This document shows positions 36,400 to 46,426 of a stretch of DNA of 64,000 bases, in pieces; positions within the stretch are counted from its first letter, which is position 1; every line of letters starts with the position of its first letter. This stretch comes from Bacilli bacterium (lineage in GTDB: Bacteria; Bacillota_I; Bacilli_A; RFN20; CAG-826): assembly GCA_045615605.1 (NCBI GenBank), contig JAZLFE010000071.1, forward strand, positions 2,567 to 66,566. Reading direction: 5' to 3'. A model generated the notes under the pieces. It was not told the origin of the DNA and did not search any database. It saw only the letters and a program-made list of their open reading frames with translations. The position numbers and the translations under genes were made by a program.

Positions 36400-36654
36400 C
36401 TACTCCAATCCAGGAATACTAATAAATTCTTGCGTATCCCATATTTTTTGAACTTCTTCTCTATGCATTGCAAGCCATTCTCTAATCATAGATACAGCTT
36501 TACTAGGCAAATCTCCATCAAGAACACTACCATCAGCAATTACAATGGATCCAGAAAATTCTGCATATATAGCATGAATATGAGGAGGTTGATGCTCACT
36601 TTGTTGGAAATACATTTTAATTATTATTCCGTAAAATCTAGAAATTATAGGCAT
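36400..36654 (-). CDS. DUF4160-domain protein
   Basis: MPIISRFYGIIIKMYFQQSEHQPPHIHAIYAEFSGSIVIADGSVLDGDLPSKAVSMIREWLAMHREE. The conserved HxPPHIH block is diagnostic of DUF4160. It lies 4 bp upstream of the DUF2442 gene. Confidence 0.65.
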   Translation of the reverse strand: MPIISRFYGIIIKMYFQQSEHQPPHIHAIYAEFSGSIVIADGSVLDGDLPSKAVSMIREWLAMHREEVQKIWDTQEFISIPGLE

Positions 36655-36768
36655 AAATTTTCCTTTATAAAATAAATTATATCACTGTTCCGTGATATTT
36701 CAACTAATAAAATTAATAATTTTTTATATATAAACGCTTTTAAATTTCTAAAGCGAAATAGATTTTTT

Positions 36769-36844
36769 TGGTGATCCCACCGGGAATCGAACCCGGGATT
36801 AGACCTTGAGAGGGTCTCGTCTTAAACCTCTTGACCATGGGACC
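36769..36844 (-). tRNA. tRNA-Glu (anticodon CUC as read)
   Basis: Reverse complement ggtccca-tg-gtc aagaggtttaa gac-g-agacc ctctcaa ggtct-aatc-ccggg ttcgatt cccgg-tgggatc-a-cca. The 3-bp D-stem is typical of tRNA-Glu. It lies immediately downstream of gltX. Confidence 0.7.
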
Positions 36845-36853
36845 ACGTAAGTT

Positions 36854-38509
36854 TTATTTTACGCTTATTGCTTGTTTAATTCTATTATTAATTGTCTCTA
36901 CGCTTAGAATATGAAGAACATAATATAAATTTGGTGAATTCTTAGAACCAGTTAATGCAATACGAATCATCTCCGCAATATCACTTACCATACCAAGATA
37001 TTTATCTTTATTCGCCTTGTAAGTTTTTCTATCACTAGCGAAGTTATATTTTTCACCCAATTTCTTAATTGAATTAAACCAATCTTGTTCATTAAGACTA
37101 TAGTCATTAGTGTTCATAAATTCAGTTAATACATTACTAATAACTTCTTTATTAATATTAGGATTAAATGGATAACCGTTCTTTGTAATTTCACCATATT
37201 CATCATCATAGAAGAAACGAATAATGTTATAGATATCTTTAAATTTTGCGTAGTCTTTTCTTGGATTTTCTTTGTCGCGTTCAATATTCATTATCTTAGT
37301 AAAATAATTAACATCTTTATTAATTAAATTAAGTAATTTCTCATCATATTTTTTAGCGTACTCTAAGGCACGAGAGGTCATCTCTTCAGCAGTTAAATGC
37401 GCTAAAAACTCTTTCGAGAAATAAGATAATTTATCTAAATCAAATAGCGCACCATCAAGACTCATCTTATGAATAGAGAATGGGAATTTATCTAGATCAA
37501 ATGATTTATTAGCAATCATCCATTCTTCAAAATTAGAATTCGCGATGCTCATTAAATAAGTTAATACAGCCTCAGTAGGATAGCCTTCTTCAAAGAAGAA
37601 AGTAACTGCAGCTTCGGGATCTTTTCTCTTACTTAATTTACGTTTATTTCCATTATCTAATTTATTAATTAATGGTAGATGAGCGTATTTAGGCGCTTTC
37701 CAATTAAGAGCTTTAAACATCTCTAAATGAATTGGAAGAGAAGATATCCATTCTTCTCCACGAGTAATAGTAGTAGTCTTCATAAAATGATCGTCTACTA
37801 CATGTGCAAAGTGATAAGTAGGAAGTCCATCGCTTTTTAAAATAACTATATCTAATTCATTCTCACTGATATCGATATCACCACGAATTTCATCGTGCAC
37901 TCTTATCTTATTATTATGATTACCTGAAGAGCGGAATCTAACTACGTATGGTTTACCTTCTTTAATTAAATTTATCGCTTCTTCTGCGCTTAAATATCTA
38001 CATTTAGCATAGCTACCATAATAACCCGGTAACTGTTTAGTCTTCTCTTGAACTTGGCGAATTTCATCTAATTCTGTTGGAGAGCAAAAGCAAGGATACG
38101 CTAAACCTTTTTTTACTAATTCTTTTATAACAGTTTTATAAATATTCGCCCTTAAACTTTGTTGATATGGAGCGTACCTTCCAATACTTGTTCCGTATCC
38201 TTCCATTGGAGCGATATTAAAATTCTTTAATTCTTTAATAAGAGCATCACCTGCTCCTTTAATCTCTCTTTTAGTGTCAGTATCTTCTAAACGAACATAG
38301 AAAACACCTTTAGTAGATTTAGCAAGATAATAACTTACTAAAGAAGTAAATAAACTTCCGGTATGAAGATATCCAGTAGGAGAAGGTGCAAAACGAGTAA
38401 CTTCCGCGGATTCAATTAAATTACGCGGAGGATACTTCGCTTCTAGATCATCTATTGTCTCCTTAATTTCTGGAAACATTAATTCTGCTAATTCGATTTG
38501 TTTGTCCAT
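36854..38509 (-). CDS. gltX: glutamate--tRNA ligase (with ~35-aa N-terminal extension)
   Basis: Class I motifs RFAPSPTGYLHTGS (HIGH variant) and KLSKR (KMSKS). The catalytic core aligns with GluRS. Confidence 0.85.
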   Translation of the reverse strand: MDKQIELAELMFPEIKETIDDLEAKYPPRNLIESAEVTRFAPSPTGYLHTGSLFTSLVSYYLAKSTKGVFYVRLEDTDTKREIKGAGDALIKELKNFNIAPMEGYGTSIGRYAPYQQSLRANIYKTVIKELVKKGLAYPCFCSPTELDEIRQVQEKTKQLPGYYGSYAKCRYLSAEEAINLIKEGKPYVVRFRSSGNHNNKIRVHDEIRGDIDISENELDIVILKSDGLPTYHFAHVVDDHFMKTTTITRGEEWISSLPIHLEMFKALNWKAPKYAHLPLINKLDNGNKRKLSKRKDPEAAVTFFFEEGYPTEAVLTYLMSIANSNFEEWMIANKSFDLDKFPFSIHKMSLDGALFDLDKLSYFSKEFLAHLTAEEMTSRALEYAKKYDEKLLNLINKDVNYFTKIMNIERDKENPRKDYAKFKDIYNIIRFFYDDEYGEITKNGYPFNPNINKEVISNVLTEFMNTNDYSLNEQDWFNSIKKLGEKYNFASDRKTYKANKDKYLGMVSDIAEMIRIALTGSKNSPNLYYVLHILSVETINNRIKQAISVK

Positions 38510-38567
38510 AATTTTTTTATACTTGAATACTAATTATACTTTATTTATAATAATACGGCATCTAAAT

Positions 38568-38641
38568 GCAGGTGTAGTTCAGTGGTAGAACACTACCTTG
38601 CCAAGGTAGTTATGCGGGTCCGATTCCCGTCACCTGCTCCA
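38568..38641 (+). tRNA. tRNA-Gly (anticodon GCC)
   Basis: gcaggtg-ta-gttc agtggtagaac-a-ctacc ttgccaa ggtag-ttat-gcggg tccgatt cccgt-cacctgc-t-cca. Confidence 0.8.
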
Positions 38642-38652
38642 GAAAAATATTT

Positions 38653-38675
38653 CGCACCGTTAGGTGCTTTTTATT
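38653..38675 (+). terminator. rho-independent terminator after tRNA-Gly
   Basis: gcacc-gtta-ggtgc followed by TTTTTATTTT. Confidence 0.65.
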
Positions 38676-38678
38676 TTA

Positions 38679-38891
38679 TTAACCTCTTTTAATATTATTT
38701 TTTTCGTCTTCTTTTCGTTTAAGATAGGCACGAAAATAAAACCAAACTAATAAAATAACCGCTCCTAATAAAAAGATTGCTAATCCTGCCCACATGCAAT
38801 AAAAATTTTTAAGAGGTGTACCAATTGCAAGAAATAAAATAAGTCCTAAGACCATTAACGAGATACTTGCGATTAATAAGATTTTTCTCAT
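38679..38891 (-). CDS. small two-TM membrane protein (70 aa) at the end of the suf operon
   Basis: MRKILLIASISLMVLGLILFLAIG...LAIFLLGAVILLVWFYF. Two hydrophobic helices and a basic C-terminus. Confidence 0.4.
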   Translation of the reverse strand: MRKILLIASISLMVLGLILFLAIGTPLKNFYCMWAGLAIFLLGAVILLVWFYFRAYLKRKEDEKNNIKRG

Positions 38892-38900
38892 AAATAAATA

Positions 38901-40298
38901 TTAACCAACGCTATTATCCATATCAAGTTTAATAAGTTGATTTAATTCTACTGCGTATTCCATTGGAAGTTCACGAGAGAACGGAGCAATAAATCCCATA
39001 ATAATTAATTGAGTAGCGTCTTTTTTAGACATACCTTTACTCATTAAATAGAACAATTGATCTTCGTTAATCTTACTTACAGTAGCCTCATGCTCAATAT
39101 AACTAGAATTGTTTAATACTTCATTATTAGGAATAGTATCGGATTTAGATTTATCATCTAAAATTAACGTATCGCATTCTACGTGAGAAGAACAGTTAGT
39201 CGATAATTTATGATGACGAACAGTTCCTCGATAATTAGCTACACCGCCATCATGAACTACGGATTTAGAGATGATAGTTGAATGAGTATCGGGTGCTAAA
39301 TGAATCATACGTGCACCAGCATCTTGGTATTGATTCTTACTTGCTACCGCAATAGAAATACAAGTTCCTCTTGCGCCTCTTTCTTTTAAGATACAGGCAG
39401 GATATTTCATATTTACTTGTGAACCGATATTTCCATCAATCCATTCCATACTTCCATTCTCATATACTGCTGCACGTTTAGTAACTAAATTAATAATATT
39501 AGTTGACCAGTTTTGTACAGTTGAATATCGACATCTACCATTTTTTAATACAACAATCTCTACTACTGCAGCGTGCAAAGAATCTTTTGAATATATAGGA
39601 GCAGTACATCCTTCTATATAATGTACATCCGCTCCTTCATCTACAATAATTAATGTTCTTTCAAATTGGCCGGATTTCTCGTTATTAATTCTAAAGTAGG
39701 ATTGTAATGGTTTTTCTAACTTCACTCCTTTAGGAACATAAATAAATGATCCGCCAGACCAGACTGCGCCATTAAGTGCAGCGAATTTATTATCCATATA
39801 ATTTACTACAGTATTAAAATACTTTTTCATTATTTCAGGACACATTTGTAATGCTTGGTCAGTAGATAAAAAGATAACTCCTTTATCTTCTACTTCTTTA
39901 AGCATATTGTGGTACACCGCTTCAGAATCATATTGGGTGGTAACGCCCGCTAAATATTTTTGTTCTGCTTCTGGTATACCAATCTTTTTAAAAGTATTTC
40001 TAATTGTTTGAGGAACATCTTCCCATTTCTTTTCTACCTTATCACTAGGACGAATAAAATAAGTATAAGAAGAGAAATCTAGATTAGACAAATCCGGTCC
40101 AAATTTAGGCATCTTTAATTGTTTAAATGCGCGATAGGCTTTAAGACGAAAATCAAGCATCCATTTAGGTTCATGTTTAAGTCTAGATATTTCTCTAACT
40201 ATCTTTTCGTTTAATCCCTTAGGCGTTTTTAAAACTGCGGTGTCTCTATCCTTAAACCCGTATTTATACTCCTTAGAGAGATTTAATTTATTTTCCAT
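38901..40298 (-). CDS. sufB: Fe-S cluster assembly protein SufB
   Basis: 465 aa. The conserved SufB core and a C-terminus ending ...[21 protein letters not shown]. Confidence 0.9.
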   Translation of the reverse strand: MENKLNLSKEYKYGFKDRDTAVLKTPKGLNEKIVREISRLKHEPKWMLDFRLKAYRAFKQLKMPKFGPDLSNLDFSSYTYFIRPSDKVEKKWEDVPQTIRNTFKKIGIPEAEQKYLAGVTTQYDSEAVYHNMLKEVEDKGVIFLSTDQALQMCPEIMKKYFNTVVNYMDNKFAALNGAVWSGGSFIYVPKGVKLEKPLQSYFRINNEKSGQFERTLIIVDEGADVHYIEGCTAPIYSKDSLHAAVVEIVVLKNGRCRYSTVQNWSTNIINLVTKRAAVYENGSMEWIDGNIGSQVNMKYPACILKERGARGTCISIAVASKNQYQDAGARMIHLAPDTHSTIISKSVVHDGGVANYRGTVRHHKLSTNCSSHVECDTLILDDKSKSDTIPNNEVLNNSSYIEHEATVSKINEDQLFYLMSKGMSKKDATQLIIMGFIAPFSRELPMEYAVELNQLIKLDMDNSVG

Positions 40299-40725
40299 GT
40301 TTATGATTTAATATATCCTTTAATGCATTAAAGCCGATAGTCGCACATTTAATTCTCGCTGCCTGTTTAGAAGTATTAATAAAAGCAATCGCTTCTCCTA
40401 ATATCTCTTCATCAAACTTTTCCTCGTGAATCATTTTTAAATATTGATCAATGATATAACGTGCCTCTTTCTCGCTTTTATTAATTACTAGTTCACACAT
40501 AATATCAGTGCTTGCAGTAGAAATAGTGCACGCTACGCCATCCCAAAGACAATCTTTAACCACTCCTTTTTCTAGTTTTAAATAAACATTGATATCATCA
40601 ATACAATTCTCGCTTTTAGAATGAATTGAAACATATCCTTTTTTAGGAGTTTTTTTATGAATTGGATTTTGGTAATGATCCATGATGATTTGTCTCATCA
40701 TATCGTTAGTTAGCGAAATAGGCAT
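40288..40725 (-). CDS. sufU: SufU/IscU-type Fe-S cluster scaffold (NifU-like)
   Basis: 145 aa with the NifU N-terminal-like pattern (NPxxGD, conserved Cys in GVACTIS.., and IKCATIG). Confidence 0.8.
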   Translation of the reverse strand: MPISLTNDMMRQIIMDHYQNPIHKKTPKKGYVSIHSKSENCIDDINVYLKLEKGVVKDCLWDGVACTISTASTDIMCELVINKSEKEARYIIDQYLKMIHEEKFDEEILGEAIAFINTSKQAARIKCATIGFNALKDILNHKHGK

Positions 40726-41932
40726 CTAGATAATCTCCTTCTTTTAAAGCTTTAATTAATTTATCGATATCACTCTTATTATTATAAAAATATAAAGATA
40801 TTCTTACTGTTGCTGAAGTGTTTAAAAATCCATTAAGAATCTTCGCACAATGTTGACCACTTCTAACGGCGATTCCTTGAGAATTTAAATAAGTAGCTTC
40901 ATCTTGCGCAAATACATTCTTTTTATTTATAGTAACAATACCAGATTCTGCAGATTCATTATAAATAATGATATCTTTATTTTTCTTTAATTCTTTAATT
41001 AAATATCTTCTTAATTCTATTTCATATTTTTCAATGTTATCCATTCCAATTTTAGTAAGATATTTCACTGCTTCTTTTAAACCATATATTCCTTCTAAAT
41101 TTAATGTTCCAGCTTCAAATTTAGTAGGAGGATTTAAATAAGTAACTTTACCGTTAGTATAGAAATTTTCGTTCATACCTCCACCAGTCAAAGTAGGATC
41201 AGTAATATCTAATAATTCGTATTTACCATATAAGACTCCAACACCTGTAGGACCACACATCTTATGCGCGCTAAATGATAAGAAATCTACATCTAAATCT
41301 TTTACATCAGTCTTTCTATGAGGAACCGATTGAGCGCCATCCACCACTACAACAATATTATGTTTATGCGCTAATTTAGTTATTTCTTTTATAGGAGCAA
41401 GATATCCTAAAACATTACTTACTTGAGCGATTGCAATAATCTTAGTCTTCTTACTAATTGATTTCTTTACATTATCTAAAGTAAGTCTACCTTCTTTAGT
41501 TAATGGAATAAATTTAATATTCACTCCAATCATTTCTTTTACTTTAAACCAAGGTAAAACATTCGAAGCGTGTTCTGATTCAGTTAATAAAATCTCATCA
41601 CCTTTCTTTAAATGTTTCATTGCATAACCGTAAGCGACTAGATTAATGGACATTGATGCACCTGAGGTAAAGACTACTTCTTCTTTTTTAGCGTTAATAA
41701 ATTTCGCTACTAAATCTCTAGTCGCATCTAATTCTTGATCAATATGAAAACATAAATCATAATCACCACGATGGGAGTTACTAGTCTCTTTCTCATTATA
41801 TTTATTAATCGCATCTATAACTGATTTAGGCTTAAAAGTAGTAGAAGCATTATCAAGAAATACTAAAGGATGCTTTTGCATTTTCTCTTTAAGCATAGGA
41901 AAGTCTTTACGAATCTCATTTACATTAAACAT
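40706..41932 (-). CDS. sufS: cysteine desulfurase SufS (class V aminotransferase)
   Basis: PLP-lysine motif FLSFSAHKMCGPTGVGVLYG, a catalytic Cys near RSGQHCA, 408 aa. Confidence 0.88.
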   Translation of the reverse strand: MFNVNEIRKDFPMLKEKMQKHPLVFLDNASTTFKPKSVIDAINKYNEKETSNSHRGDYDLCFHIDQELDATRDLVAKFINAKKEEVVFTSGASMSINLVAYGYAMKHLKKGDEILLTESEHASNVLPWFKVKEMIGVNIKFIPLTKEGRLTLDNVKKSISKKTKIIAIAQVSNVLGYLAPIKEITKLAHKHNIVVVVDGAQSVPHRKTDVKDLDVDFLSFSAHKMCGPTGVGVLYGKYELLDITDPTLTGGGMNENFYTNGKVTYLNPPTKFEAGTLNLEGIYGLKEAVKYLTKIGMDNIEKYEIELRRYLIKELKKNKDIIIYNESAESGIVTINKKNVFAQDEATYLNSQGIAVRSGQHCAKILNGFLNTSATVRISLYFYNNKSDIDKLIKALKEGDYLDAYFAN

Positions 41933-42629
41933 GACATTTCTCCGTTACTAATTTATTTATCTTATTTTGTAATGCATTATCAAAATTTTTAGCAATTGGT
42001 TTTAAATAACCATAGACAATTAATGCTTTAGCTTCTTCCTCAGTTAATCCACGTGATTTTAAATAGAATAAATGTTCATCATTAAGTCTACCTACTATTG
42101 CAGCGTGACTCGCTAAAACATCATTTTCATCAATCTTTAATATTGGATTAGCTTTACCGTTTGCGTTCTTATCAAAAACGATTATCTTAGCATTCTGATT
42201 AGTGTTACTTTTCTTCGCTTTCTTCTTGATATGATTAATACCCGAGAACACTAATCTAGTAGAATTAAGAGCAACTCCATAATTATTCATATTCGCAGTT
42301 GTTTCTCCAACATTATGAATAAAAGATATATCAAATTGTTTATTATCTTTATTAGTCGCTAAAGAGGCTAGATCCCAAGAAACATCTGCTCCTTTTTGAT
42401 TAAGTAAAATCTTTGCGTTCATCTTAGCTTCTCCACTAGAGAAATCAGCGACAATTACTTTTACTTTAGCGTTCTTTTTAACATCTCCATTAATAAAAAT
42501 ATTTTTAATCGGGTTAAGAAAAATAAATTTAAGTATTAAAGTAGAATTTTCGTTCGCGCAAAAAGAAAGAGAGGAATTATCCTTAATAATAATTTCTTTA
42601 TATTCGTTTCTTTTTACGTTGATATTCAT
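41925..42629 (-). CDS. sufD: SufD-like Fe-S assembly protein (short form, 234 aa)
   Basis: C-terminal SufB/SufD beta-helix signature (...RLNDEHLFYLKSRGLTEEEAKALIVYGYL). Sits between sufC and sufS. It is shorter than the typical ~430-aa SufD. Confidence 0.7.
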   Translation of the reverse strand: MNINVKRNEYKEIIIKDNSSLSFCANENSTLILKFIFLNPIKNIFINGDVKKNAKVKVIVADFSSGEAKMNAKILLNQKGADVSWDLASLATNKDNKQFDISFIHNVGETTANMNNYGVALNSTRLVFSGINHIKKKAKKSNTNQNAKIIVFDKNANGKANPILKIDENDVLASHAAIVGRLNDEHLFYLKSRGLTEEEAKALIVYGYLKPIAKNFDNALQNKINKLVTEKCHV

Positions 42630-43444
42630 TATTTCTTTATTGCTACTTTAGTAGCGCATACTCCTATTGATTGCTTATTCGTTTCTTTCTTAGTGATATC
42701 AATATTTAATTCATTCTTTATCCATTCATAGCCTTCTTTATCAATACGTTTAATTAAATCAGGTTTACCATCAAGAACGATTTTGCCATTTACCATAACC
42801 GCTGCACGAGTAGGTTTAATTAAGTTAAATAATCTAGCGTAGTGACTAATTACCATTAAGCCCATACCTTCTTTATGCATCTTATTAATCATCTTAGCGA
42901 CCACATTTATTGCATCAACATCTAGACCAGAATCAATTTCATCTAACATCGATAATTTAGGATTAAGTAAACGCATTTGTAATATTTCATTACGTTTCTT
43001 TTCTCCACCTGAAAATCCTTCATTTAAGTTTCGGTTCGCCATTTCAAAAGGAATACCCATTTCTTGATAAGCATTCTCTAATTCTTTATAGAAAGTAAAT
43101 AAAGACATAGGTTTATCTTTTCTAACGTTCATAATGTTTTTTAAGAAATCACTGTTAACTACTCCAGGAACCTCACTAGGATTTTGTAATCCGAGGAATA
43201 ATCCTAATTTACTTCTTTCATCAACACTTAATTTACTTAAATCTTTATTATTAAAAGAAATAGAACCTTTAGTAATAATGTATTTAGGATGTCCCATAAT
43301 CGCCATAAATAAAGTAGATTTACCATGACCATTAGGACCTAAAAGCGCTAAAGAATCTCCTTCTTTTACTTTAAGGTTTACTCCTTTTAGAATTTCTTTT
43401 CCTTCTACATTAACGTGAAGGTTTTTAATCACTAAGTTATTCAT
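42629..43444 (-). CDS. sufC: Fe-S cluster assembly ATPase SufC
   Basis: Walker A GPNGHGKST, ABC signature FSGGEKKRNEILQM, Walker B LSMLDEIDSGLD. Confidence 0.9.
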   Translation of the reverse strand: MNNLVIKNLHVNVEGKEILKGVNLKVKEGDSLALLGPNGHGKSTLFMAIMGHPKYIITKGSISFNNKDLSKLSVDERSKLGLFLGLQNPSEVPGVVNSDFLKNIMNVRKDKPMSLFTFYKELENAYQEMGIPFEMANRNLNEGFSGGEKKRNEILQMRLLNPKLSMLDEIDSGLDVDAINVVAKMINKMHKEGMGLMVISHYARLFNLIKPTRAAVMVNGKIVLDGKPDLIKRIDKEGYEWIKNELNIDITKKETNKQSIGVCATKVAIKK

Positions 43445-43513
43445 AACGTTTTTATTTTAATAAAAGAAATATAAATGTCTAATTTAATGATAATTATTTT
43501 TCTAGTATAATGA

Positions 43514-44725
43514 TTGCATATGAATTCTAAATTTAATAAATCTAAAGCATTACGCCTTGGAGCGTTTGTTTTAGCAACTGGCGCAGCGCTTGCTACAACC
43601 GGTTGTAAAAGTAATTACGATAAACTATTTTTTACTGTTTCGAGTTTAGATAAACAACTTGAAATTACCTTCTGTGATCGTGGTGCATCAATCTATTCTA
43701 TGTACTACACTCCAGAAAACGGTACAAAGCAATGTGTTACTTATCAACCACAAGATAAAGCTACTTTCGTAGAGAAATCTTATTACGGTAAATGTTTAGG
43801 TAGAATAGCAGGTAGAATCGCTAATGGAGAAATTACTGTAGGTGCTAAAGACTATCAAATCGAAGTTAATGAAACCGCTCGTGGCAAAAACAACGCATTA
43901 CATGGTGGCACTAACGGAATGTCTACTAAAGATTGGTCTCATACAGTCGTTGAAAAGAAAGATCACATTGAAGTTATATTTAAATATATTTCTCCAGCAT
44001 TTGAATCAGGATTTCCTGAAGCATTAAATGCTAAATACACTTTTAAAATTTATAACGAAGGTAAATTAGATTTAGTTATTGATGCGAGTGCGGATGGAGT
44101 CACTCCAGTTGACTTATCCTATCATCCATATTTTAGATTAGGCACAACCAAAGACAATAAGACCGTATTAAATCATACTTTATATGTCCCTGCTGAAAAT
44201 ATGGCTCAATACGATCCAGATGGATGGCAAACTGTTCTTGGATATAAAGATGCAAAAGAACAAGTAACTTATAAAGATAAAGAAGGAAAAGAAATTACAT
44301 GTACTCCTTGGAACTTTCAAGAAAAAGATAATGCCAAACAAATTGGTAAAGATATAGAGGGCGCGCAGGCTGCCGATTCAGCATCAAACGGCTACGATCA
44401 CATTTGGTATTTTGGCGCTAACGAAAATACTAAAGATGATGATGGAAACTCAATAAATACTGTAAAAGTTGTACTAAAAAACCCAGATAATAACCTTGAG
44501 TTAGAGGTATCATCTCCTGATTCAGATGGAGTAATTATGTATTCAAATTGCTATCCAGAAGATCAAAAAATGAACGATGGCGAACCTGATGCGTATGGTA
44601 ACGCAATTACAATTGAACCATATACATTCTTCACTACTGATAACGCTTCATTCTCTAAATTATATATTGATAAAGCTCATCCATTCTCTCGTCATATCAC
44701 TTATCAATTTAGTCAAACCGAATAA
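43514..44725 (+). CDS. lipoprotein with aldose 1-epimerase (mutarotase) domain
   Basis: Signal peptide plus lipobox (LATTGCKSN). Aldose-epimerase motifs GKNNALHGG (NxxHGG) and SYHPYFRL (HPYFNL-type). Confidence 0.65.
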   Translation: MHMNSKFNKSKALRLGAFVLATGAALATTGCKSNYDKLFFTVSSLDKQLEITFCDRGASIYSMYYTPENGTKQCVTYQPQDKATFVEKSYYGKCLGRIAGRIANGEITVGAKDYQIEVNETARGKNNALHGGTNGMSTKDWSHTVVEKKDHIEVIFKYISPAFESGFPEALNAKYTFKIYNEGKLDLVIDASADGVTPVDLSYHPYFRLGTTKDNKTVLNHTLYVPAENMAQYDPDGWQTVLGYKDAKEQVTYKDKEGKEITCTPWNFQEKDNAKQIGKDIEGAQAADSASNGYDHIWYFGANENTKDDDGNSINTVKVVLKNPDNNLELEVSSPDSDGVIMYSNCYPEDQKMNDGEPDAYGNAITIEPYTFFTTDNASFSKLYIDKAHPFSRHITYQFSQTE

Positions 44726-44806
44726 TTAATTAAGTACTAATTTTATCTCATTAATAAATTAAATATATTAATCTTTTAATTTTTGTTAAAATATTAATAA
44801 TATTTT

Positions 44807-46423
44807 ATGTCCTACAAAGTTTTATATCGTAAATACCGTCCCACTAACTTTAATGAAGTAGCAGGACAAAAGGCTATAGTGCAAACTTTAACTAACGCTC
44901 TTAAAAGCGGAAAGATTTCACACGCTTATTTATTTACCGGTCCTAGAGGTACTGGTAAAACCACTATGGCGAAATTATTCGCTAAAGCAATTAACTGCGA
45001 GAAAGGTAATGGAGAGATTTGTAATATTTGTGATAACTGTATAAGCGCTAATAAAAACGCTCATCCAGATATTATTGAGATCGATGCTGCTAGTAATAAC
45101 GGAGTAGAAGAAGTACGTTCATTAATAGAGAAATGTAAATTCGCTCCTATAAAAGGAAAATATAAAGTTTATATCATTGATGAAGTTCATATGATGACTC
45201 CAGGTGCATTTAATGCATTGCTTAAAACGCTAGAAGAACCACCTACACATGTAGTCTTTATCTTAGCGACTACTGAACCTCATAAAGTATTACCCACTAT
45301 CTTATCGCGTTGTCAAAGATATGACTTTGCTAAGATAGAAGATAATGCAATTACTGAATATTTAATGTCCATCTTAGATAAAGAAGAGATAACTTATGAT
45401 ACTAAAGCATTAACGCCTATTGTCTCTATCGCTGATGGAGGGATGAGAGATGCTTTAATGATGTTAGATCAAGCTTTATCTTATTCTAATAAGAAGTTAG
45501 TAGAAAAAGATGTATTAGATTTATTTGGTATTGCTTCTACTGAAGAAAAAGTAGATTTATTAATTGATATCGCTAAGAAGAATACTAGCGGTGTTCTAAT
45601 TAAATCTAATCACTTCTTAGAATCAGGAGTGGACATAAAACGTTTAACTATCTCATTATTAGATATTCTTAAAGATTTATTAATTTATGACTCTACTAAA
45701 GAAGTTAATTTAATGGTTACATTAAAAGAGACTGATTTAAAGAAATTAGAAGGATTATTCTCATCCCGCCAATTAAATGAAATGATATCGATATTAATTA
45801 AAGCAGAAGCGGATTTTAAAGTAGTGTCTAATCCTAGAAGTTTATTTGAAATTACGTTACTAAAATTAATTACTTTAGAGAAAACTGAAGATGAGAAATT
45901 AATGCACGTTACTCCTTCAGTAGTCTTCACTGATGTTAAGAAAGAACCAACTAAAGTTAAAGAAAAGATTGTAGATATCAAACCCTCTCTTAAAGAAGAT
46001 AAACAATTAGATGTTGAAGGCGATACGAATAAATTAGATGACGATACGATTATTAAATTAATGGTAAGCGGTAATAAAGAAGAAAGAATGGAATTACTAA
46101 ATAGATGGAATGTTCAATTATCTCCACTCGCAAGTGATCCTAAAATGGGTAAATATGCTTCTTTATTATTAGACGCTACTCCATATGTAATCGCTAAAAA
46201 TGTTTTATTACTTAATTATGATTTTGAACGTTTAGCGTACAAGGCTAATATCAAAACTAATCAAGCGAATATCGCTTCTATAGTAGAAGCAATTGTTAAA
46301 CGTAAAGTATTTGTCTACGCTTTATCTCGTGGAGAAGAAGTACGTTTAAGAAAATTATTCTTAAATCTTCGTCAGGTAAATAAATTACCAGCGAAGGAAG
46401 ATATAGTTATAAAGGAGAATTAA
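44807..46423 (+). CDS. dnaX: DNA polymerase III subunit gamma/tau
   Basis: AAA+ motifs GPRGTGKTT, zinc module C-x-x-C (CEKGNGEICNICDNC), YIIDEVHMM and SRC box TILSRCQRY. Confidence 0.9.
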   Translation: MSYKVLYRKYRPTNFNEVAGQKAIVQTLTNALKSGKISHAYLFTGPRGTGKTTMAKLFAKAINCEKGNGEICNICDNCISANKNAHPDIIEIDAASNNGVEEVRSLIEKCKFAPIKGKYKVYIIDEVHMMTPGAFNALLKTLEEPPTHVVFILATTEPHKVLPTILSRCQRYDFAKIEDNAITEYLMSILDKEEITYDTKALTPIVSIADGGMRDALMMLDQALSYSNKKLVEKDVLDLFGIASTEEKVDLLIDIAKKNTSGVLIKSNHFLESGVDIKRLTISLLDILKDLLIYDSTKEVNLMVTLKETDLKKLEGLFSSRQLNEMISILIKAEADFKVVSNPRSLFEITLLKLITLEKTEDEKLMHVTPSVVFTDVKKEPTKVKEKIVDIKPSLKEDKQLDVEGDTNKLDDDTIIKLMVSGNKEERMELLNRWNVQLSPLASDPKMGKYASLLLDATPYVIAKNVLLLNYDFERLAYKANIKTNQANIASIVEAIVKRKVFVYALSRGEEVRLRKLFLNLRQVNKLPAKEDIVIKEN

Positions 46424-46426
46424 TTT

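Noticed and set aside
38510-38567. T-box leader upstream of gltX
   Set aside because: The 58-bp intergenic region is too short for a T-box riboswitch.
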